The position numbers and the translations under genes are program-made. Below, piece by piece: positions 41,160 through 51,207 of a stretch of 64,000 nt of DNA (position 1 is its first letter; the number at the start of each line of letters is the position of its first letter). The stretch is taken from NCBI GenBank assembly GCA_038061615.1, contig JBBTYY010000015.1, positions 1,298-65,297 on the forward strand, given 5' to 3'. The stretch is from Patescibacteria group bacterium (GTDB lineage Bacteria; Patescibacteriota; Microgenomatia; Levybacterales; UBA12049). Under the pieces are notes generated by a model, which worked only from the letters and a program-made list of their open reading frames with translations, was not told the origin of the DNA and searched no databases.

Positions 41160-41527
41160 CATTTGCTAAGACGCAGCGTTTTAATCTTGCTCCATAAAAG
41201 ACGACTTATTTCATCTCCCAGATCTAACAGGCTTTCTTTACCTCTTTCTTGAATTAATTCTTGTTCATAAGAAAAGTAAATCAAATATTTTGTTTCTTTT
41301 GTGGAGCCTAATGCAATTTCTAGAAATCTTCTATGGTCTTGCTTGCTTATTCTTGCATAACCTTCTACTAAATTAAGCGGAATAGATAAAGCTGCCCTTC
41401 TTAATTGAGAAGTAATTCTAAATAATTCTTCTTTAGGGAAAGTTTTTGTTATTCTATAAACTTCCTTTGCTAGTTTATCTGCTTTTATTAGTATAATGTC
41501 GTTTTCCGAACCGACTCTTTTGTCCAT
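41159..41527 (-). CDS. four helix bundle protein (TIGR02436 / 23S rRNA IVP / Avd-like)
   Basis: FPKEELFRITSQLRRAALSIPLNLVEG and FLEIALGSTKET. Confidence 0.92.
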   Translation of the reverse strand: MDKRVGSENDIILIKADKLAKEVYRITKTFPKEELFRITSQLRRAALSIPLNLVEGYARISKQDHRRFLEIALGSTKETKYLIYFSYEQELIQERGKESLLDLGDEISRLLWSKIKTLRLSK

Positions 41528-41541
41528 ATTTTAATATATGA

Positions 41542-41562
41542 CTATAATCAAAGATCAATAAT
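41542..41562. repeat. heptamer array upstream of four-helix-bundle gene
   Basis: ctataat caaagat caataat. Confidence 0.55.
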
Positions 41563-41595
41563 CATGGGTAGAAAAAATTATTCCTTGTTTTTTGT

Positions 41596-42345
41596 TTATT
41601 GTTTTTTGTCCTTGTCATAGTAATGTAGAATTTTTAACCTATAAAAAACTGCGGCGGTGTCCCACAACATCCAAAAAATAACTCTCCAAAAACTAGTCGA
41701 AGTTATGCTTCCTGATCCTCTAAAATTTAGTTTTATGGGAGCTTCGTAGATTCTTGTATATCCAAGCTTGTACGCTACAGCTAAAGTCTCGACGTCAAAA
41801 GCAAATTGTTTCACTAATAACCTTGGGAATACATCCCTAACTACTCTTTTTTTAAAAAACTTTAGCCCAACCTGTGTATCTCTTACATCGAATCCAAAAA
41901 GCAAATGAGTAAAAGTTCTGTATCCCCATGACAAAATTTTTCTTTGTATTGGATAGCTAACTATGGAATCCGGATGAAGTTTACTTCCTATAATAATATC
42001 TGCGTCATGCAATTTTATAAAATCAAGGAGAATCGAGATAGAAGAACTCTCTATGTCCATTCCGGCATCCATAAATCCAATTACATCTCCCTTTGCTTCT
42101 AGCATTCCCAGCCGCACAGCGTTGCCTTTACCTAGGTTTACTTTATAACCCAAGACCCTTACGTTATTATTTTTTACTTTTTTGGCTTTTTCATAGGTTT
42201 TATCCAAAAAACCGTCAACAACCACGATAATCTCATACTTGCAATCAAGCTTTGAAAGAGTTTCTGCAAGACTTTCAATATTTAAAACAATTGTTTTTTC
42301 TTGTTTATAAGCAGGGACAACTAAAGATAAAGTTTTAATGTTCAT
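41596..42345 (-). CDS. GT2 polyprenyl-phosphate glycosyltransferase (DPG synthase-like)
   Basis: VVDG, GKGNAV, DTQVGLK and FAFDVE. Confidence 0.88.
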   Translation of the reverse strand: MNIKTLSLVVPAYKQEKTIVLNIESLAETLSKLDCKYEIIVVVDGFLDKTYEKAKKVKNNNVRVLGYKVNLGKGNAVRLGMLEAKGDVIGFMDAGMDIESSSISILLDFIKLHDADIIIGSKLHPDSIVSYPIQRKILSWGYRTFTHLLFGFDVRDTQVGLKFFKKRVVRDVFPRLLVKQFAFDVETLAVAYKLGYTRIYEAPIKLNFRGSGSITSTSFWRVIFWMLWDTAAVFYRLKILHYYDKDKKQ

Positions 42346-42363
42346 ACTTTATGAATTGATTGA

Positions 42364-42412
42364 TTTAAGATTTAAGATTTATGACTTATGACATTTTTCT
42401 TAAGCCTTACTG
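42364..42412. repeat. intergenic heptamer array
   Basis: tttaaga tttaaga tttatga cttatga cattttt cttaagc cttactg. Confidence 0.7.
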
Positions 42413-42420
42413 CATGCATC

Positions 42421-42984
42421 TTATATCTTAACGATTAAATCTTGAGGCAGGTTTCTTCGGACAAAGTCCCACGAGAACGGTGTGCCGTCAGGCATTTTTG
42501 CTTGAGCTTCTGAGTAAGGAACTCTACCTTCTTCTTCGGTATTGTATAGAGCTGTTGGAAAATTCAATAATACTGCGGGTGTTTTTGAAACTACCATAAA
42601 ACCGTGAAGAGTTTTTTTAGGAATAAGTAAAATATAAGGATCTCGATCCGCCTGCATGTGAAAAAGATTTAAAAGACCAAACGTTTCGGAATTTTCCCTG
42701 CTATCTGCAACTGCCGTAATAATTTCTCCATATGCAACTACAAACCTATCTTCCTGATTTGGGTGATAATGCCAAACGTCCTCATCGCGGGCAACGCCTG
42801 AATCAGTAACCGAAAAGTATTGCATGACAAATTCGCGATCCTGTCCATAAATTTCCAGCCAATCATTTCTTAGTGTCTCAACTAAAACGCCGGAATCATC
42901 TCTATTTATCTTAAGGGGATAAGCAATAACATCTTTAATAAGTTTTACGTGATGTTTATTTTTCAAATCTATAAATTCAATCAC
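42421..42984 (-). CDS. dTDP-4-dehydrorhamnose 3,5-epimerase-like cupin (RmlC family)
   Basis: WHYH, DSRENSETFG, HGF and NFPTALY. Start set to GTG 42984. Confidence 0.75.
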   Translation of the reverse strand: MIEFIDLKNKHHVKLIKDVIAYPLKINRDDSGVLVETLRNDWLEIYGQDREFVMQYFSVTDSGVARDEDVWHYHPNQEDRFVVAYGEIITAVADSRENSETFGLLNLFHMQADRDPYILLIPKKTLHGFMVVSKTPAVLLNFPTALYNTEEEGRVPYSEAQAKMPDGTPFSWDFVRRNLPQDLIVKI

Positions 42985-43028
42985 TGATAAATGATACCAA
43001 AATAAGGGGCGCTCTAACAAGAGCCTTG

Positions 43029-44351
43029 TTAAGAGCAAGATATGAAAGGAATAATGCTTTTTATTTTTTTAAAACTTCCATATTCTTTTATATATAAGAT
43101 AAAGAGAACAATAAGAACAACTAATGATGCCGAAAGAGAAACATTAATTACCTGAAAGAAAGTTTTGTGAAAAAGCGATATTAGAATCATCTGAGCCAAC
43201 GCACCTGCTCCTACTACGAAAGCTATCTTAGTTTTTTTAATTGACAGGAAAAAATTTACAAATACATTTAATATATTAAAAACCATAATAAAAAGTCCGT
43301 ATGTTCCTAAATACGGAGAAACTTTTGCGTATTCTCGTCCCCCTAAGAAAAAATTTATACTAATAAGCGGAAAAACGTAATAGAATGCAACTATAAAAAT
43401 AGAAGGAATAGTTACTAAAAAAAGAGCCAAATAAAAAAGGGAATTAAAATTCTGTCCCGTACTGTGTCTTTTAATAAGAAGGGGGAACATAACAGAAGAA
43501 ATTGGGCCTGTAAAATAAAATATTACCTTACCAACGAGAGAGAGTCCTCCGTACAAACCAGCATCTTGAGCACTAAAGAAATGTTTTACTAGAATAATAT
43601 CTGTTGAAATTAATGAATTTAAAGATAAAATAGCAATTGAGGCAGGCAAGGCATACTTTATCATATCTCTTAGGGGGAAGTCGATATTCCTAGAGCGTTT
43701 TCTCGCAATTAAAAAACGCAAAGGCAGAAAAGATATTAAAAAAGATACTAAGAATGCAAAAAAAACTGCCCATAAGGCACCAAATACCCTAAGCCCCAAT
43801 ATTACCAATGCTATTCCTATTGTGATCCTTAGAATCGATCCTAAAATTGAAGAAAAGGAAATGAATGGAAATTTGAGGAGGCTTTGCAGAAAGGCTGAAT
43901 TTACCACCGATAGATAAGCTAAGCTTACAATAAGACCAACTTGAATAATATACCAAACATTATCAAGATGTAAAAATTCTTTTAGAAAGATTGAGGAAGC
44001 TGTAAATCCAATAAAAATAAGTAGCGAAAAAACAAACATTAATCGCAGCAATTTAGCATATAAGTCTTTTGCTTCATTTAGTTTATTTTTTGCAAAAAAT
44101 TCTGTCGCAAATCTAATTATTATAGTGATAAGTGATTGCGCCGGAATTACAGCAAGAGTAAAAAGCGATAAAAGACTGGCGTATATTCCATAATCGGCAG
44201 CGGTAAAACTTCTTACTAGGAATAAATTTAAAATAAAAGAAAGAAAACTTGAAACTATTACGCCAATAAAAACAAATATGCTTCCGCTAATCAGCTCATG
44301 CTTGATAAGTTTTTTACCTAATCCAAATATTTTTTTATTCATATTATGCAA
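43029..44351 (-). CDS. oligosaccharide flippase (Wzx/MOP family)
   Basis: About 12 TMs, ADYGIYASL and DIILVKHFF..AGLY. Confidence 0.85.
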   Translation of the reverse strand: MHNMNKKIFGLGKKLIKHELISGSIFVFIGVIVSSFLSFILNLFLVRSFTAADYGIYASLLSLFTLAVIPAQSLITIIIRFATEFFAKNKLNEAKDLYAKLLRLMFVFSLLIFIGFTASSIFLKEFLHLDNVWYIIQVGLIVSLAYLSVVNSAFLQSLLKFPFISFSSILGSILRITIGIALVILGLRVFGALWAVFFAFLVSFLISFLPLRFLIARKRSRNIDFPLRDMIKYALPASIAILSLNSLISTDIILVKHFFSAQDAGLYGGLSLVGKVIFYFTGPISSVMFPLLIKRHSTGQNFNSLFYLALFLVTIPSIFIVAFYYVFPLISINFFLGGREYAKVSPYLGTYGLFIMVFNILNVFVNFFLSIKKTKIAFVVGAGALAQMILISLFHKTFFQVINVSLSASLVVLIVLFILYIKEYGSFKKIKSIIPFISCS

Positions 44352-45468
44352 TAAAATACCCTCTTAGAAAATAAGAAGTCAGAACAGCTAAAAACACCAA
44401 GGATAAAATTAGTAAGGAAACCTTAAGCAAATTGCTTTTTAGGTCACCCAAGATTATAAAAACCGGAAAAATAATCAAAAGATAGCGAGGAATAGAAGCT
44501 AATGTACCGGAAAGACTTGGTATCATAATAGCTAAAATACCAAAAATCAGATAGGATAATCTAATTTTCTTTATATTAAATACTAAAATAAAAAGAAAAA
44601 TAAAAAATAAACCGAACTCAAGTAGAGCAATAAGAGCATTATGAGTAAAAAAAGGAACTGTTGCAAAAATTTTCAGGTATCTGAAAATAACTTGAGGAAG
44701 GAGAATAACTTCTCCCCCTGATCTTCCCACTCCAAAGGCAGACAGGGAATGAATGAAAAGCAGTGGATCCCCAAACATCTTCCAAAGGTAAAATATATAA
44801 AGTAAAAGACCAGATGAAGAAAATATAATTATAGATATAAGAATTGATGCCGGAAAATTATCGCGGTCTAATTTTCTTTTCTTGTATTTCTGGCAGAATT
44901 CAATAATTATTGAGGGGAGTAAAAGAATTCCTACAAATCGTGTTGCCGAAGAAATTCCACCAAGAAAACTTCCAAGTAGAAAATTAGATTTCCTTACAAA
45001 ATAAAAAGAGACCATAATAGACGCTAGTGATAAAGATTCGGTATAAACGGATGCAAAAAAGAAACTGGTCGGAAAAAATATTAAAAATAGAACCGACCAA
45101 TTTGCTGTTTTCTCACTGTAATCTAGTTTTACAAGTTTATAAAAAAAATATAAGGCAATAAAAAAACTTAGATGTGTTATTATAAGTCCTGATATTAAAT
45201 AATTATTAAAAGAAACAAAAGATAAAAATTTAATAATTAATGGGAAAAAAGGGAAAAAAGCCTGTTGATAAATACCATATCCGTTTTCCGCAATACTCAA
45301 ATAATGCACTCCATCAAGATTTGCCCATGGCACTGGGCCAAGATAGCCTCTATTCAATGGTATTATCTTGGATAAAAACTCTATCAAAAAGAGAAATAAT
45401 CTCCAAGCTGTAAATGCTTTAAAAATAAAAAAAATTACATTTTTATCCTTTTTCCAAAACTTTTTCAT
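44344..45468 (-). CDS. GT-C mannosyltransferase (PIG-V/GT76-like)
   Basis: WANLDGVHYLSIAENGY, AFFPFFP and YTESL. Confidence 0.85.
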   Translation of the reverse strand: MKKFWKKDKNVIFFIFKAFTAWRLFLFLIEFLSKIIPLNRGYLGPVPWANLDGVHYLSIAENGYGIYQQAFFPFFPLIIKFLSFVSFNNYLISGLIITHLSFFIALYFFYKLVKLDYSEKTANWSVLFLIFFPTSFFFASVYTESLSLASIMVSFYFVRKSNFLLGSFLGGISSATRFVGILLLPSIIIEFCQKYKKRKLDRDNFPASILISIIIFSSSGLLLYIFYLWKMFGDPLLFIHSLSAFGVGRSGGEVILLPQVIFRYLKIFATVPFFTHNALIALLEFGLFFIFLFILVFNIKKIRLSYLIFGILAIMIPSLSGTLASIPRYLLIIFPVFIILGDLKSNLLKVSLLILSLVFLAVLTSYFLRGYFIA

Positions 45469-46510
45469 AAGCCCTAACTGTTTGTTCTGCTGTTTTTTTC
45501 CAGGAAAATTTACCCGATTGCTTAAATCCCGCAGCAGAAAATTCTTTTCTTAATTTTTCATCTTCAAAAACTTCTGTTATGTCTTTTGCTATTTTATCTG
45601 AATCATATGCATCTGTATAAAAAGCCGCATCTCCCGCTACTTCAGGGATTGATCCTTCTTTAGTTGTTATAACGGGACAGCCACATGCCATTGCTTCTAA
45701 GATAGGCAGGCCGAATCCCTCATACAAACTTGGCATTATAAACACGGTTGCCAAATTATATAATACTACTAAGTCTTCTGTTTCAACAAAACCGACCCGC
45801 AAAATATTTTTATTCCCTTCAACTAATTTCTGAACTTCCAATAAATCTTGATTCCAAGGGTTGTTTTTATCAAAGTCGGATGAAACTAGAGTTTTTCCCA
45901 CCATAACCAGTGGAATCCTTGATTTTCTTGCAGCTTCCACTAATCTTGGAAGATTCTTGTTCCATGTAACATCCCCTACATACAAAGCAAACTTTTCCGG
46001 CAAATTATACTTCTCTCGAATTTTCTTAAGTCTTAAGTCATCGGTCTTAAATCTTTTAAATTCTTCTCCTGCGGCCAGATAGATAACTTCAATTTTTTTC
46101 TCACTTACGCCCGTAAATTTAATTATGTCTCTTTTTGAAGATAGTGAATCTGCAATTATTAAATTTGCTTTCCTCAGAGAGGCTTTTTGAATAAGCCACT
46201 TAAAGCCCCCCCTTACTCCTTTTGGGAAATATTTAGGAAAAACCAGAGGCGTTAAGTCATGAACAGTAACTATAGTTTTACATCGATTGAATAGCGGTAA
46301 CGTAATAAAAAATGGCTCGAAGTAAGGATAATGGATTAAATCTGTATCTTTGGATAAATTTTCTCCTCGAACAAAAAAAGTATACTTATTTTTGGGAAAA
46401 TACTTAACCAACGATCTTTTCAGATTGTTAATATAAAAACCAACCCCTCTTACTCTATGCTGAATTAAACCTTTTTTCTCGATTGGTGAAACATCAATAG
46501 CTATTTTCAT
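45443..46510 (-). CDS. GT4 glycosyltransferase (MtfB-like)
   Basis: TVHDL, KNL and [15 protein letters not shown]. Confidence 0.92.
   Translation of the reverse strand: MKIAIDVSPIEKKGLIQHRVRGVGFYINNLKRSLVKYFPKNKYTFFVRGENLSKDTDLIHYPYFEPFFITLPLFNRCKTIVTVHDLTPLVFPKYFPKGVRGGFKWLIQKASLRKANLIIADSLSSKRDIIKFTGVSEKKIEVIYLAAGEEFKRFKTDDLRLKKIREKYNLPEKFALYVGDVTWNKNLPRLVEAARKSRIPLVMVGKTLVSSDFDKNNPWNQDLLEVQKLVEGNKNILRVGFVETEDLVVLYNLATVFIMPSLYEGFGLPILEAMACGCPVITTKEGSIPEVAGDAAFYTDAYDSDKIAKDITEVFEDEKLRKEFSAAGFKQSGKFSWKKTAEQTVRAYEKVLEKG
46024..46058. repeat. in-frame heptamer array (TCTTAAG family)
   Basis: tcttaag tcttaag tcatcgg tcttaaa tctttta. Encodes [12 protein letters not shown]. Confidence 0.75.
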
Positions 46511-48156
46511 TTTCTCATTATACCAATTATACTTTTTCTTCCAAGAAATGCTAACAGTAATACCGATATAAAAAAATAGGTATAAGAGGCTATTCTAACG
46601 GAAGTGTCGAAAAAAATTAATTCAACTTCATGCATCCCGCTTGGTATTCTAATAAGTATTCTTCCGTTGTAATTATCGACTTCCTTCTTTTTACCATCAA
46701 TAAAAGATATCCAACCCGGGAAATATGCAGTGTTAATAATAATCTGACTATTTTCTTTCGCATTGATCATTAATTTATAAGACTGAGGCTTAATATTACC
46801 TATTTTAATAGAGCCCGATCCTCTAAGAAATTCAAATTTATCTTTTCTTTTTTGAGGAATTGCAACCAACCATTTTGTATTAAAAGAATTTCCGGGGCTG
46901 TTGGTTCCATCGATAAAATTTGATCTCGTTAAGTAATAAGTATCTACTCTTTTGTGGTAAAAAGGAGCCTTTGCATATCCTAAACCTAATAATATTGGAG
47001 ATAGTATGAAAATAAAAGCAAAAAGATTTTTCATCCATCCTTTTGAGACAGCATTAACGATACTTCCTCCCAAAAATGAGATAATTAAAATTGTAAGACT
47101 TAAAAATCTCCATGGAAATTGGAAATAATTAAAAAAGGGAATATTATCCCAAAACCAAGATGAATAAGGAGTCATTAAGAAGATAGCTGCAAGAAACCAA
47201 ACAAGAAAAAAAGTTAATAAAATACGATTTTTTTTATATCTAATAAGTACTAGAAATGACAGTAAAACAACTAAAATATTCACCACTCCAATTTGAAATG
47301 ACATTTGGTTTTGAATTTCCTTACCCGAAAATCCATATCCCCAGGACGGAATTACAAGCTGATAAATTTCAGGAAAGTGTTGTTTTAGATCAAATATCTG
47401 AAGGCCTGTTGCATATTTACTTTCGAAAAGTGCAGGTAACCAAAATGGAGAAGATAATCCTAAGCCAATAAACAATATTAAAATTAAATTTTTAAAATAT
47501 TCTATTTTATTTTTTTGACGGATTGATAAGAAAAGACAGTACGAAATAAAAAAAATAAAAAATAATAGAGCTAAAATATTATGAGAGAGAACAAGAAGAG
47601 AGAGAATAACCGATGAAACCACAAAAAAAATCCGGCTCTGTCTATTTGAAAACTCTGTAAAGCTCCATAAAAGTCCCGGAAATAATGCAAGACTCCATAC
47701 CTCTCCTACAGATCCTCTTACATAGATATCTACGAAATGATAAGGAGAAAAAGTATATAGAATGGAGGATATAATCGCTCCAAGATCCTTCCAAAATAAT
47801 CTTGCCCATAGATAGAAAAAAATTGCACCCACAAAACTTGCAAAAATCATGTTTAGTTTAAAAGAGTCGATAAAACTAAAGCCCAGGAAATGAAAAAATG
47901 AAGCAATATAGTTTGGGAGAGGATAAACGTAATTGAAAAGTGGTATGCCAAAACCATTATTAAAATCGGGCGCCCAGCGGGGATACAGAATTCCGCTTTC
48001 TAAAACTTTATAGAATTGTTGGAATCTTACTGTGTGATATTCTCCATCATGCGTTGGAGGAAGACCCGAGGAAAAAAGCGAAATGGAGGCAATCAATGCT
48101 CCTGCGATCACGACAAGTAGGGAAAAGTTCTTTTTTAATAAATCTATATTTTTCAT
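46507..48156 (-). CDS. GT-C-type membrane protein (PTPS-related/YfhO-like)
   Basis: THDGEYH, YPRWAP, VRGSVGE, QFPWRFL and YFPGW. Confidence 0.8.
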   Translation of the reverse strand: MKNIDLLKKNFSLLVVIAGALIASISLFSSGLPPTHDGEYHTVRFQQFYKVLESGILYPRWAPDFNNGFGIPLFNYVYPLPNYIASFFHFLGFSFIDSFKLNMIFASFVGAIFFYLWARLFWKDLGAIISSILYTFSPYHFVDIYVRGSVGEVWSLALFPGLLWSFTEFSNRQSRIFFVVSSVILSLLVLSHNILALLFFIFFISYCLFLSIRQKNKIEYFKNLILILFIGLGLSSPFWLPALFESKYATGLQIFDLKQHFPEIYQLVIPSWGYGFSGKEIQNQMSFQIGVVNILVVLLSFLVLIRYKKNRILLTFFLVWFLAAIFLMTPYSSWFWDNIPFFNYFQFPWRFLSLTILIISFLGGSIVNAVSKGWMKNLFAFIFILSPILLGLGYAKAPFYHKRVDTYYLTRSNFIDGTNSPGNSFNTKWLVAIPQKRKDKFEFLRGSGSIKIGNIKPQSYKLMINAKENSQIIINTAYFPGWISFIDGKKKEVDNYNGRILIRIPSGMHEVELIFFDTSVRIASYTYFFISVLLLAFLGRKSIIGIMRK

Positions 48157-49289
48157 GAAATCTTGATTGTTCCAAGCTTTTTGCTAAATTTAAATTTCCT
48201 ATCAACCGCTAGGTACAAATACAAACAAAGAACTGGAAGGAAGATTAATATAATTTTTAATAATGGAGTTGATCCAGAATATGTTCCGGAAAACATAAAG
48301 GGAGCATAGCTTAAGAGTAAACCAAACGAAATTGCATTTGAGAGATACAGGAGATTCCTTCTTTGAGGTATTAGATATGAAAATACCAAAAACCAAATTG
48401 CATACCATGGATATATCTCTTCTCTAAGGAATGACAAGAAAAAGATCAGCATCATAGATAAGGCGGAAATAAAAAAAACTCTCTCCCAATTTATACTTTC
48501 TTTTCTAATTGTTTTTAGAATTATATAAATAAAAACAGGGAAAAGAAAAATCGTAGAATATTTTATTAATATAGAGGCTATGATAAAAATTAAACTCAAG
48601 AAAATTCTTTTTTTAATTAGAAAATAGAAGGATAAAAGTGCGAAAAACATCATAACGATATCATTATGGGAACTTACTAATGTTTCCATAATAATTAATG
48701 GGCTTAATGCAAATAAGAAAACAGATTTCATATTTTTTGAAATCTTCGAAACTAAAAAGATAGTACCTAGGTAGAATAAAATGACTAGCAGTTTAAAATT
48801 AAATAGAGTAAGAACATAATTATCAAATCCCAATATAAAACTGATACCAGTGATTTTTATCCAAACGGGACCATACAATGCAACTTTATTCACCGCCCTC
48901 GTAAAAATCAAAAGAGGATCGCCTACGAACTCGATGGGCATAAGTATGTATGGATTTTCTCTATAAAAGAACAAAACTTTTGAGGTTGCGATGTAATTAA
49001 ATATATCATAGGAGAGTATTGCAGGGTACGCTAGAAATAAGATACCGGAAGTTACTAGTATTATTTTTTTAATGTTTATACTTTTTTGATATTTTAGAAT
49101 GAGATAATAAAAAACAAAAAATAATAAAACAAAAATAACATACGTCATCGTTGCAATTGTTCTGCTATTTGCTGCAAGCCCGGTGTAAATGTTATGGAGA
49201 TACGATAAGTTTTGATCGGTAAATAGGTAAGAAAAGATTACAAATAAGAAAAGGGTAAAAAAATATACTGGGAGAAATAGCTTCTTCAT
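48153..49289 (-). CDS. GT-C alpha-mannosyltransferase (MptA/MptB/GT87-like)
   Basis: SYDIFNY, LYGP, HNDI, IKY and PWY. Confidence 0.75.
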   Translation of the reverse strand: MKKLFLPVYFFTLFLFVIFSYLFTDQNLSYLHNIYTGLAANSRTIATMTYVIFVLLFFVFYYLILKYQKSINIKKIILVTSGILFLAYPAILSYDIFNYIATSKVLFFYRENPYILMPIEFVGDPLLIFTRAVNKVALYGPVWIKITGISFILGFDNYVLTLFNFKLLVILFYLGTIFLVSKISKNMKSVFLFALSPLIIMETLVSSHNDIVMMFFALLSFYFLIKKRIFLSLIFIIASILIKYSTIFLFPVFIYIILKTIRKESINWERVFFISALSMMLIFFLSFLREEIYPWYAIWFLVFSYLIPQRRNLLYLSNAISFGLLLSYAPFMFSGTYSGSTPLLKIILIFLPVLCLYLYLAVDRKFKFSKKLGTIKIS

Positions 49290-49813
49290 AACGTTTTACT
49301 TCTTATAGCTATAGACGTATCGATAGTTGTCCAAAGATTTAGATTGGTTGGGGTATCTTTCTCCGGCGTCCATTTAAATTTATCAGGAACATTATTTTTT
49401 AATTTTTCAAACTCTTCAATGTGTTTCCTTGAAGCTTCTTTTAAAATTTTCTGTTTTTCGGATGTATTTTTTCCTTCTTTTTTTGCGGAAAGCAAATAAG
49501 GATAAATTTTCTCAAAGTATTGATTGGACTTAAGAAGAGATTTATATGCGAGGAGATATTGTTTATATTCAAATAGGGTTTTTGCTTGCACTAAATATTT
49601 ATCCGAAAGTCTTTGATAATAGTATGACTTACCGAAATTCCCAAAATACCAAAAGTAAGATACTTTTTCTATAACTTGATTAATTGTGTAAAACTTATTT
49701 CCGGGCATTTGTGAAGGATACGGAAGAACATAAGTTGACCCTGCATAAGCAGAAGTCGATAAGTACAAGAAAAAAACGAGGAGAAGTAATGTTTTCCATA
49801 GGCAACTTCTCAT
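49286..49813 (-). CDS. exported helical hypothetical protein
   Basis: Signal-peptide-like N-terminus and YVLPYP..MPG. ATGA overlaps on both sides. Confidence 0.7.
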   Translation of the reverse strand: MRSCLWKTLLLLVFFLYLSTSAYAGSTYVLPYPSQMPGNKFYTINQVIEKVSYFWYFGNFGKSYYYQRLSDKYLVQAKTLFEYKQYLLAYKSLLKSNQYFEKIYPYLLSAKKEGKNTSEKQKILKEASRKHIEEFEKLKNNVPDKFKWTPEKDTPTNLNLWTTIDTSIAIRSKTL

Positions 49814-50805
49814 TTTGAATTTTGAATTTTGAATTTTGAATTATTGTTATGCCACTCCCAAGCGGTTTTAACTATTGTCTCTAAGCTTGAATATTTTGGC
49901 TCAAAATTAAGTTCTCGTTTAATTTTTGCAGGATCTGCTATTAAAACTTCTGCGTCCCCTGGTCTTTTATCGGCAATTTTTACTTTAAAATCTATTTCTG
50001 ATACTTTTTTTACCATCTCTAAAACCTCTTTATTAGAATATCCCTTACCGGTTCCGACATTATAGAAAAATCCTCCGTTATCTCTCCCAAGCTTATCCAA
50101 AACAAGAAGGTGAGACTCAACTAAATCTATCACATGAATATAATCGCGAATGCATGTTCCATCCTTCGTATTATAATCATTGCCGTAGAGACTAAGCTCT
50201 GAACCTTCTAAAGCTGCCTTAACAGCAAGAGGAATTATGTGTGTTTCGGGATTATGCTTTTCGCCAAGTCGCGCGTCCAAAGATGCGCCTGCCGCATTAA
50301 AATATCTAAGACTTGCAAAATTTAATCCATAGATCCTGTTATACCATGATAAAATTTTCTCAACCATCAGCTTGCTTTCTCCGTATGGATTTGTGGGATT
50401 TGTCACATGATCCTCGGGAATTGGAATTTTCATTGGATTTCCATAAACACCTGCGGTTGAAGAAAATATAAAAGATCCAACTTTATTTTTTACTGCATTC
50501 TCAATCAGCCTCAATGCCCCAAAAACATTATTCTTAAAGTATATGCTTGGGTTTTCCATTGATTCTGCCATAGAGATGCAACCTGCAAAATGTAGAATTG
50601 AATCAAATTTGTTTTCTTTAAATAAGCTATCGATAAAACTTTCATCTGAAACATCTCCTTCTACTAATCTTGCTCTCGAATCAACAGCTTCTTTGTGTCC
50701 TCGGGACAAGTTATCTAAAACAGTTACCTCATCTCCTCTCTCAAGGAATCTTCTAACCATAAAGCTTCCAATATATCCGGCACCGCCAGTAACAAGTATT
50801 TTCAT
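49810..50805 (-). CDS. galE: UDP-glucose 4-epimerase
   Basis: TGGAGYIGS, YGESK, LRYFNAAGA and DGTCIRDYIHV. Confidence 0.93.
   Translation of the reverse strand: MKILVTGGAGYIGSFMVRRFLERGDEVTVLDNLSRGHKEAVDSRARLVEGDVSDESFIDSLFKENKFDSILHFAGCISMAESMENPSIYFKNNVFGALRLIENAVKNKVGSFIFSSTAGVYGNPMKIPIPEDHVTNPTNPYGESKLMVEKILSWYNRIYGLNFASLRYFNAAGASLDARLGEKHNPETHIIPLAVKAALEGSELSLYGNDYNTKDGTCIRDYIHVIDLVESHLLVLDKLGRDNGGFFYNVGTGKGYSNKEVLEMVKKVSEIDFKVKIADKRPGDAEVLIADPAKIKRELNFEPKYSSLETIVKTAWEWHNNNSKFKIQNSK
49813..49840. repeat. perfect (TTTTGAA)4 at galE 3' end
   Basis: Encodes SKFKIQNSK up to the stop. Confidence 0.92.
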
Positions 50806-50811
50806 AGTTTG

Positions 50812-50854
50812 TAAGCCTTAAAGACTTAAGACTTAAGACTTAAGACCTAAGTTT
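50812..50854. repeat. (TAAGACT)n array downstream of four-helix-bundle gene
   Basis: taagcct taaagact taagact taagact taagacc taagttt, containing the gene's TAA. Confidence 0.9.
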
Positions 50855-51202
50855 CCAATATTTTATCAAGGAATTTACCATTTTGCTAATTTCTTCTGCA
50901 TCCATCTGTAAATTATCGTAGGTAGATTTCGAAATATAGCCTAAATCCATGGAAAGGATAAGATAGTATTTAACCTCTTCTAGAGATCCGTTTGAAATAT
51001 ACAAAAACTGAATAAATTCTTTCTTATGGTTTCTAGCATTTCCTTCTATAATATTTGCAACAATCGAAACACTAGCTCTTCTGATTTGACTTATTAATCC
51101 AAATGTCTCGTGTTGAGGAAACGTTTTAGTGATTTTATAAATTTTAATTACGAATTGATGAGCTTTTTTATAAACTTTTAAACTTTCGAATTTGTTTGCC
51201 AT
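50840..51202 (-). CDS. four helix bundle protein (TIGR02436 / 23S rRNA IVP / Avd-like)
   Basis: FESLKVYKKA, FPQHETFGLISQIRRASVSIVANIIEG and GSLEEV. Confidence 0.93.
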   Translation of the reverse strand: MANKFESLKVYKKAHQFVIKIYKITKTFPQHETFGLISQIRRASVSIVANIIEGNARNHKKEFIQFLYISNGSLEEVKYYLILSMDLGYISKSTYDNLQMDAEEISKMVNSLIKYWKLRS

Positions 51203-51207
51203 AATGC

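Noticed and set aside
41159-51202. Diversity-generating retroelement suggested by Avd-like genes
   Set aside because: No reverse transcriptase ORF and no TR/VR pair with adenine-specific mismatches seen in the window
50840-51202. 23S rRNA intervening sequence
   Set aside because: Flanks are protein-coding genes and no rRNA sequence is present. The family name is historical.
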